From contig JAYEMF010000075.1 in assembly GCA_034717975.1 (NCBI GenBank), positions 1-14,630 of the forward strand: a stretch of 14,630 bases of DNA, written 5' to 3'. The DNA is from Campylobacterota bacterium. GTDB lineage: Bacteria > Campylobacterota > Campylobacteria > Campylobacterales > Sulfurimonadaceae. This document shows positions 9,283 through 14,630 of the stretch, one piece after another (within the stretch, counting starts at the first letter, position 1; every line of letters begins with the position of its first letter). A program made the translations under genes and the position numbers. The notes beneath the pieces were generated by a model. That model did no database searches. It worked only from the letters and a program-made list of their open reading frames with translations, and was not told the origin of the DNA.

Positions 9283-9288
9283 ATTATA
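9283..9288 (-). promoter_or_regulatory. Putative sigma70 -10 box (TATAAT) for rimO-tilS
   Basis: attata on + reads TATAAT on -, ~28 nt upstream of the rimO ATG. Confidence 0.65.
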
Positions 9289-9319
9289 TCGAATGGATTT
9301 TAGATATTAAAGATACTAA

Positions 9320-9805
9320 AACTTTCTTGCCGTTTACTTTCCTTTTTTGTACCGGCACAAAAGGAAACGAAAAAACCTCTCCATGCGGTTAAAGAGCTCC
9401 CTTGCTGGGAGTTCCCGAAAATTCTTTCCAAACTGTCTAAAAACCCAAAACTCGCTTTGCTCAAACAGATGGGTTTTCTTCACGACAGTTTGGAAAGAAT
9501 TTACGGCTCTTTAAAGCATGGAAATTATCTAATGGGGAACGCATTATGATAATTGATTTCGCAAAGCGAAATACAGCGCAAGCGTTGTAATGCATGGTTA
9601 GGCTTGTCTGATCTGGTGTGGTTTAACAGGCCATGCCACTAACTGTCAGCCTGACGTTTTTGCCGCACATCTATGTTTCTAAATCCGCGGAGCCTGTGGT
9701 AACGTTTTTTTCTTCATCCAATGCTTTGAAATGGCATTGGACACACGTGCCCTCTTTCTTTTTTTCGGAATAAAAAAGAAAGTAAGAGACACTCACAGGA
9801 AAGTT
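9320..9805 (+). other. Highly structured non-coding element (candidate large ncRNA or non-autonomous palindromic mobile element)
   Basis: More than 10 helices read directly, e.g. 9320-9329/9796-9805, 9334-9341/9778-9785, 9380-9386/9516-9522, 9389-9397/9506-9514, 9419-9437/9484-9502 (19 bp perfect), 9440-9447/9470-9477, 9597-9604/9648-9655, 9614-9622/9630-9638, 9717-9725/9733-9741, 9754-9764/9772-9782. Confidence 0.8.
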
Positions 9806-9848
9806 AAAAGGACTTATATATATTGTAATGCCAAAAAAAAGAGAAAAA

Positions 9849-11012
9849 ATGACACCAAAACAAACTTATGACATCATCATCCTAGGTGCCGGAGCCAGCG
9901 GAATGATGTGTGCGGGCAGACTCAATCAGCAGAGTAGCTTAAAAGTAGCCGTCATTGAAGGCAATCCCAAGCCCGCAGCCAAACTGAAGATCTCCGGCGG
10001 TGGTAAATGCAACATCACCAATGTCAATGTCGAAGCTAAACATTTTTTAGGAGACAGCACGTTAGTTGAGAAAGCATTACAGCACTTCTCAAAAGATGAC
10101 CTGCTTGAACTGCTTGAGCTTCATGGTCTCAAACCCGTGATCCGAAAAGGACGTTACTACTTCTGTCCAAAGAGTTCGGACGAGATTATCACTATTTTAA
10201 AGCAGTTAAGCTGCAAGAGTACATTTTTCTATAATGAGAAGATAGTAAGTGTTGAAAAATCAGAGGAAGGATTTGTTGTACGTACCGACAAGAGTGTATA
10301 TCGAACTAAGAAGGTTGTTGTCGCCACAGGTGGAGTGAGTTTCAGTGCTCTTGGTGCAAGTGATGTTGGTCTGCAGATCGCTAAACAGTTCGGTCATACT
10401 GTAACACCATTTCAGCCCGCACTGGTCGGTCTGACACTTCAGCCTGATCAGTTCTGGATGAAATCACTGACGGGGATCAGCCTGCCGGTACAGATAAGTA
10501 TCGGTGATCGAGTGGTTGATGAAGATCTGCTCTTTGCCCATAAGGGGATCAGTGGTCCGGCGGTACTCAGTGCTTCGCTTTACTGGCACAAGGGAAGCAT
10601 CACTGTTGATTTTCTGCCAAACAAAAATATCAGTTCACTCTGCAAGGGAAATAAAAAGCAGATCAGCACCGTGATGAACCTGCCAAAACGTTTCAGCAAA
10701 GCACTCTTTGATCATCTAGGTATGACTGATAAGCCCTGCAGTAAACTGACAAAAGATGAGATACTTAACCTTGAGCAGCTGCATAACTACAGTTTTGCGC
10801 CTTCGGGAACATTCGGGTTCAGTAAGGCGGAAGTGAGTAAGGGTGGGGTGGTGACCAATGAGCTTAATCATATTTCACTTGAGAGTAAAAAAGCAGAGGG
10901 ACTCTATTTTATCGGTGAAGTGGTCGATGTTACGGGAGAACTTGGCGGCTACAACTTTCAATGGGCGTTTAGTAGTGGTGTGATGTGTGCGGATAAGCTG
11001 AGTAACCTCTAA
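9849..11012 (+). CDS. HI0933/YhiN (BaiN-like) family FAD-dependent oxidoreductase
   Basis: YDIIILGAGASGMM (Rossmann GxGxxG), KISGGGKCNITN, VATGGVS, LFAHKGISGPAVL, GEVVDVTGELGGYNFQWAFSSG; in-frame alternative start at 9828. Confidence 0.93.
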   Translation: MTPKQTYDIIILGAGASGMMCAGRLNQQSSLKVAVIEGNPKPAAKLKISGGGKCNITNVNVEAKHFLGDSTLVEKALQHFSKDDLLELLELHGLKPVIRKGRYYFCPKSSDEIITILKQLSCKSTFFYNEKIVSVEKSEEGFVVRTDKSVYRTKKVVVATGGVSFSALGASDVGLQIAKQFGHTVTPFQPALVGLTLQPDQFWMKSLTGISLPVQISIGDRVVDEDLLFAHKGISGPAVLSASLYWHKGSITVDFLPNKNISSLCKGNKKQISTVMNLPKRFSKALFDHLGMTDKPCSKLTKDEILNLEQLHNYSFAPSGTFGFSKAEVSKGGVVTNELNHISLESKKAEGLYFIGEVVDVTGELGGYNFQWAFSSGVMCADKLSNL

Positions 11013-11080
11013 CCATTTAGGAGGAGTCTTTTAGTTGAGGGTTATATTGAGTGTGTTATTATCAGCCTAAGGATAACGCT

Positions 11081-11503
11081 ATGATCAAAACCCCTTATCT
11101 CACCGTCGACGGTATCATCGAACTCTATGACAACAGTGAAACATTTCAGGGCATTGTTCTGATAGAGCGGAAAAATCCGCCGCATGGCTGGGCGATTCCC
11201 GGCGGTTTTGTAGATATTGGCGAGCGTGTTGAAGAAGCGGTAGTGCGTGAGATGAAAGAGGAGACGTCTCTCGATGTAGTGATAGAGTCACTGCTTGGTG
11301 TCTACTCCGATCCTAAGCGTGACCCCCGTTTTCATACCGTATCGGTTGTCTATATCTGCAAAGCATATGGTGTACCTGAAGCACAAGATGATGCCAAAGC
11401 GGTACATATCATTCCTCAAGAGGAACTAACTGCTTTAACGTTAGTCTTTGATCATCATACTATCATTCAAGACTATCTACGAGAGATTAAAAAAGGAAAA
11501 TAA
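11081..11503 (+). CDS. Nudix hydrolase (ADP-ribose pyrophosphatase-like)
   Basis: Nudix box [45 protein letters not shown] supports the ATG 11081 start. Confidence 0.93.
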   Translation: MIKTPYLTVDGIIELYDNSETFQGIVLIERKNPPHGWAIPGGFVDIGERVEEAVVREMKEETSLDVVIESLLGVYSDPKRDPRFHTVSVVYICKAYGVPEAQDDAKAVHIIPQEELTALTLVFDHHTIIQDYLREIKKGK

Positions 11504-11838
11504 TGCGCAATCTACTACTGGCAATGCTGCTGATCACTACAGCGGTACATGCAGACCGGATCAAAATGAAAGCGATGGGATGTCCATCGATGATGGCTTT
11601 TACAAAAGTTCCGTCGGAAATACTGCAGGATGATATCAAGCTTAGTCTTTATGCAGTAAAAAATGGATGCCGTATTTTAACCTCTCGAGATCAAGTCACA
11701 GCGATCGGTTATGATCCGCGAAATGATAAAACCCAGTTTATGCAGATCATCCATAAAGAGAGCGGCGAGACTCTTTACATCCGACGTAAAAATGTTCAGG
11801 TCGAACAGCCCGGCAAGAAGAACCAGATTCGTTTCTGA
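11503..11838 (+). CDS. Hypothetical secreted/periplasmic protein
   Basis: TAATG overlap, SD AAGGA, Sec signal peptide ending VHA, two Cys. Confidence 0.8.
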   Translation: MRNLLLAMLLITTAVHADRIKMKAMGCPSMMAFTKVPSEILQDDIKLSLYAVKNGCRILTSRDQVTAIGYDPRNDKTQFMQIIHKESGETLYIRRKNVQVEQPGKKNQIRF

Positions 11839-11912
11839 TTGGGAAAGAGGGAAGGGGTCGCTTCGCTGAGTGAAAAGCGGAGAAGCTAGATTTAGAGGTG
11901 CCCTTTATATAT

Positions 11913-13145
11913 CTAGCGGATCTGCCCACTGCCGTAGATCTTGAACTTATAGGTAGTCAGCCCCTCGATGCCCATCGGTCCACGGGCATGCAGTTTGTTG
12001 GTACTGATCCCCACTTCCGCACCAAAACCAAAAGCGCCGCCATCCGTAAAACGTGTTGAAGCATTGACATAGACGGCCGCCGCATCGATGCCGTTTAGGA
12101 AAGATTCGGCAGTGGTGATGTTTTCAGTAATGATCGCTTCGGAGTGTCCTGAACCAAAACGGACAATATGATCGATCGCCCCTTCGACGCCGTCAACAAC
12201 ATTGATATTCAAGATATTGGCCAGATACTCGGTATCGAAATCCTTATCAGAGGCATGTGCGATATCAATGATCGACTGGACTTCGCTACTTCCTTTAAGC
12301 TCGGTAAGTACCGCGTCAAACGCCTCTTTGAGTTGAGGGAGTGCAGTTTTGGCAATGGCTCTGTCAACGAGGAGGGTTTCCATGGCGTTGCAGACACCGG
12401 GACGCTGCACTTTGGCATTGATGGCAATGGCAATGGCATCATCAAGTTTGGCATCTTTATCGATGTAGGTGTGGCACTGCCCTTTATCATGCTTGACGAC
12501 AGGAACCGATGCATTTTCACTGACATAGCGGATCAATCCTTCACCGCCGCGTGGGACGATGAGGTCTACATAGGCATCCATCTTGATCAACTTGGCGACA
12601 CCCTCACGTGATGAGTCAGGGAGCAGTGAGATCAGTGAAGCCGGAAGATCGTTGTTCACAAGAACAGCACGCAATACTTCGGCAATGGCCTGGTTGGACA
12701 TCTCTGCCTCTTTTCCACCCTTGAGTACACAGACATTTGAACTTTTAAAACAGAGCGCAGCAGTATCGGAGGTGACGTTTGGACGTGATTCGTAGATGAT
12801 GCCGATAACGCCGATCGGGATCGAGACTTTCTCGATCTTCAGTCCCTGCTCGGTCACCCAGCCATCAAGTACACGGCCAACCGGCTCTTTAAGTGCGGCG
12901 ATATCCTCAACGGCAACCGCCATCGCATCGATACGCCCTTCATCCAGGTAGAGACGGTCCTTGAGTGCCGAGGAGAGATCATTGGCATCCGCTGCCGCCA
13001 TATCCTGGGCATTGCCTTCTAAAATACTCATCGTGTTGGCACGCAGGGCATTGGCCATCTCACGTAAAATCCTGTTTTTGTCGGCTCCACTTAACTGTGA
13101 AAGTACGCGGCTAGAGGCTTTGGCTTCTGCTAAAAACTTTTCCAT
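11913..13145 (-). CDS. proA: Gamma-glutamyl phosphate reductase (glutamate-5-semialdehyde dehydrogenase)
   Basis: PIGVIGIIYESRPNVT, LKGGKEA, PRGGEGLI, RPGVCNAMETLLV, NASTRFTDGGAFGFGAEVGISTNKLHARGPMG. Confidence 0.98.
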   Translation of the reverse strand: MEKFLAEAKASSRVLSQLSGADKNRILREMANALRANTMSILEGNAQDMAAADANDLSSALKDRLYLDEGRIDAMAVAVEDIAALKEPVGRVLDGWVTEQGLKIEKVSIPIGVIGIIYESRPNVTSDTAALCFKSSNVCVLKGGKEAEMSNQAIAEVLRAVLVNNDLPASLISLLPDSSREGVAKLIKMDAYVDLIVPRGGEGLIRYVSENASVPVVKHDKGQCHTYIDKDAKLDDAIAIAINAKVQRPGVCNAMETLLVDRAIAKTALPQLKEAFDAVLTELKGSSEVQSIIDIAHASDKDFDTEYLANILNINVVDGVEGAIDHIVRFGSGHSEAIITENITTAESFLNGIDAAAVYVNASTRFTDGGAFGFGAEVGISTNKLHARGPMGIEGLTTYKFKIYGSGQIR

Positions 13146-13217
13146 TGTATTAATTCCTTTGATGAAATCATACCATATTTCAGGCTTGTATTATGGACGA
13201 ATAAAGTCTAAATACTA

Positions 13218-13247
13218 TTGACTTTAAACGTCAGTTTTGTTTACAAT
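13218..13247 (+). promoter_or_regulatory. Putative sigma70 promoter TTGACT-N18-TACAAT with overlapping TGAC-N7-GTCA palindrome
   Basis: -35 at 13218-13223, -10 at 13242-13247, inverted repeat 13219-13233. Confidence 0.6.
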
Positions 13248-13315
13248 ACGGACAATCAATGACGAATAAACATGTAAAAAAATTTAGTTAATTCGTCAAT
13301 AAAAGGAATGCAAAC

Positions 13316-13705
13316 ATGACCCAAGAAATCTTGATGGATAAGTACCCTGTGGTAACGATTGAATTGTTAAAAAATGAGATCGGGCAAGGTAATGTGGATG
13401 AGATTTTAGAGTATCTGAGTGATTGTATCGAGAAGGATCCTATTGCTACATTTATAGGTCTGTTTGACCACTATAGCCATACGAAGCAGCTTGAAGGCGG
13501 AGAGATCGCACCGGAGATCCTTGATGCAAAAAACATTATTTTCTGTTTTGGCCAGAAATTGCCAAACCCGAAGATACTGGCTGTAAGACCGCGAAGTATC
13601 GGTGTGGCAGAGAAAGCAGATAGTTTTGTGATAAGCCTGATGGAAGCACCAAATGAACCGATGCACCGTAAGATGGAGGAGTGGGTTAAAGCACTGAAGC
13701 AATAG
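13316..13705 (+). CDS. Conserved hypothetical protein (DUF6858-like, possibly DUF302-type fold)
   Basis: 129 aa, SD AAAAGGA, motifs FDHYSHTK, IIFCFG, LAVRPRSIGV; family name from recall, unverified. Confidence 0.75.
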   Translation: MTQEILMDKYPVVTIELLKNEIGQGNVDEILEYLSDCIEKDPIATFIGLFDHYSHTKQLEGGEIAPEILDAKNIIFCFGQKLPNPKILAVRPRSIGVAEKADSFVISLMEAPNEPMHRKMEEWVKALKQ

Positions 13706-13807
13706 CGTACGGCATAATCGCTGCTCCCGCGGAAACTTTGGAGAGTGAACGCAATAAAAGTGTTTGATAGGATTCAGGGCAATACGAACCCGTATGGAAA
13801 ATAAAGA

Positions 13808-13813
13808 TACAAT
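13808..13813 (+). promoter_or_regulatory. Putative -10 box (TACAAT) for the 13882 and 14121 genes
   Basis: aaagaTACAAT ~70 nt upstream of ATG 13882. Confidence 0.4.
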
Positions 13814-13881
13814 GTGTCTAAAAAAAGTCAGAGTATGGGCCCAACACTTAAAAAATCATCCTGCACTCACCGGAGAATGAA

Positions 13882-14091
13882 ATGATTAAAAGAAAAAATA
13901 TTTTAGATTACTACACTAAAACAGAAGAGAACATCCCTCGTAAACTATCAATTAAATTGATAAAAGATATCTATGATTCTGTTGGGAGTTGTAAAAAATG
14001 TTATTACTGGGACAAAGAAACTCATTGTACTTTATTGAACATGGAAATGGGTAAAAACGATTACTGTTCCAAATTTAAAGACAAAAATTAG
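13882..14091 (+). CDS. Small Cys-rich hypothetical protein (C-x2-C-x8-C-x12-C)
   Basis: 69 aa, SD GGAG, four clustered Cys, visibly AT-rich. Confidence 0.7.
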   Translation: MIKRKNILDYYTKTEENIPRKLSIKLIKDIYDSVGSCKKCYYWDKETHCTLLNMEMGKNDYCSKFKDKN

Positions 14092-14120
14092 GCCATTACA
14101 GGTTAAAGCGAGCAGTAGAA

Positions 14121-14327
14121 ATGTCTACAGGTAATTGGCTGATTGGTGCAGGTGCAGTACTGATATTAATCGGATTGGCCTATAAGTGTGGACTGCTGAA
14201 CTGGTTTGGCAACCTTCCTGGTGACATCAAATATGAGGGAGAAAACAGAAAATTTTATTTTCCGATAGTTACTATGATTGTAATTTCAATTGTACTATCG
14301 CTACTTTTCTCTTTTTTCAAAAAATAA
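14121..14327 (+). CDS. DUF2905-family small membrane protein
   Basis: Two TM helices flanking FGNLPGDI...FYFPIVTMIVIS. Confidence 0.88.
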   Translation: MSTGNWLIGAGAVLILIGLAYKCGLLNWFGNLPGDIKYEGENRKFYFPIVTMIVISIVLSLLFSFFKK

Positions 14328-14455
14328 CTATATCCATAATATTGAGATATGACTACAGCGATACGCTGCTCTTGATCGACCAATTTTACAGCTCAATAGT
14401 GCAGAGGCAGAAAAAGAGTTGAAGTGGTGAAAATCCAGTAAAAAGAGAATGTTTT

Positions 14456-14569
14456 CTAAATCACCACTATCAGCCAGGCTATACTCAACATTAATGTACC
14501 GACCTCTATTAGTACATGGTTCTTCTTTTTGTCATCTTCCTTGATGAACTCGTATCTATTGGATTTCAT
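14456..14569 (-). CDS. Unannotated 37-aa small membrane protein
   Basis: MKSNRYEFIKEDDKKKNHVLIEVGTLMLSIAWLIVVI*; perfect SD AAGGAGG (14575-14581) 5 nt before the ATG; below the ORF-track size cutoff. Confidence 0.7.
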   Translation of the reverse strand: MKSNRYEFIKEDDKKKNHVLIEVGTLMLSIAWLIVVI

Positions 14570-14630
14570 AACATCCTCCTTGATGTCTCTTTGAAGCTTC
14601 TTCCATGAAGCAACTGCATATCTTATACAA

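Noticed and set aside
9535..9560. dif-like site (gcattatgataatt)
   Set aside because: Lacks the TTATGTTAAAT XerD arm and the 11-6-11 layout.
9633..9773. 46-codon ORF inside the structured element
   Set aside because: No SD, start codon buried in a stem, no protein-like features.
9320..9805. Known housekeeping RNA (RNase P, tmRNA, 6S, SRP), group II intron or CRISPR array
   Set aside because: No GAGGAAAGUCC, no tRNA-like ends or tag ORF, no recognisable intron domain V, no direct repeat-spacer periodicity; too long and branched for 6S/SRP. Judged by eye only; cmscan needed.
12168..13221. ORFs overlapping proA
   Set aside because: Antisense or off-frame shadows of a highly conserved gene.
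13775..13850. c-di-GMP-I riboswitch-like words (GGCAA...GTCTAA...TATGG) and short nested complementarities
   Set aside because: No GNRA loop or GGACGCAAA motif, the second stem does not pair, and a -10 box at 13808-13813 explains the region more simply.
14340..14400. Short hairpins (cagcg-ata-cgctg; tattgag/ctcaata) as terminator or sRNA
   Set aside because: Stems of only 5-7 bp with no U-tract; within chance expectation.

Overview
Core-genome window from a Campylobacterota bacterium; gene order and a classical XerC/D-type recombinase suggest a Sulfurimonas/Sulfurovum-like organism (inference). nusA (minus strand, missing from the ORF track because its stop lies just off the left edge) diverges from an operon of HP0268-family nuclease, miaB, lpxJ/DUF374, a hypothetical membrane protein, an Xer-type recombinase and pilM/pilN/pilO-like genes. 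This operon converges on rimO-tilS. Next come an HI0933-family flavoprotein, a Nudix hydrolase, a small secreted protein, proA and several small accessory genes. The standout is a ~486-nt non-coding element (9320-9805) between rimO and the HI0933 gene. It is almost entirely base-paired, with complementary ends, mirrored terminal hairpins, a ~140-nt rod containing a perfect 19-bp helix, and G-U pairs favouring the + strand. I cannot assign it to a known RNA or IS family. Other candidates are an unannotated 37-aa tail-anchored small protein, a Cys/UNN-codon-rich putative uORF ahead of the miaB operon, and a 4-Cys small protein.
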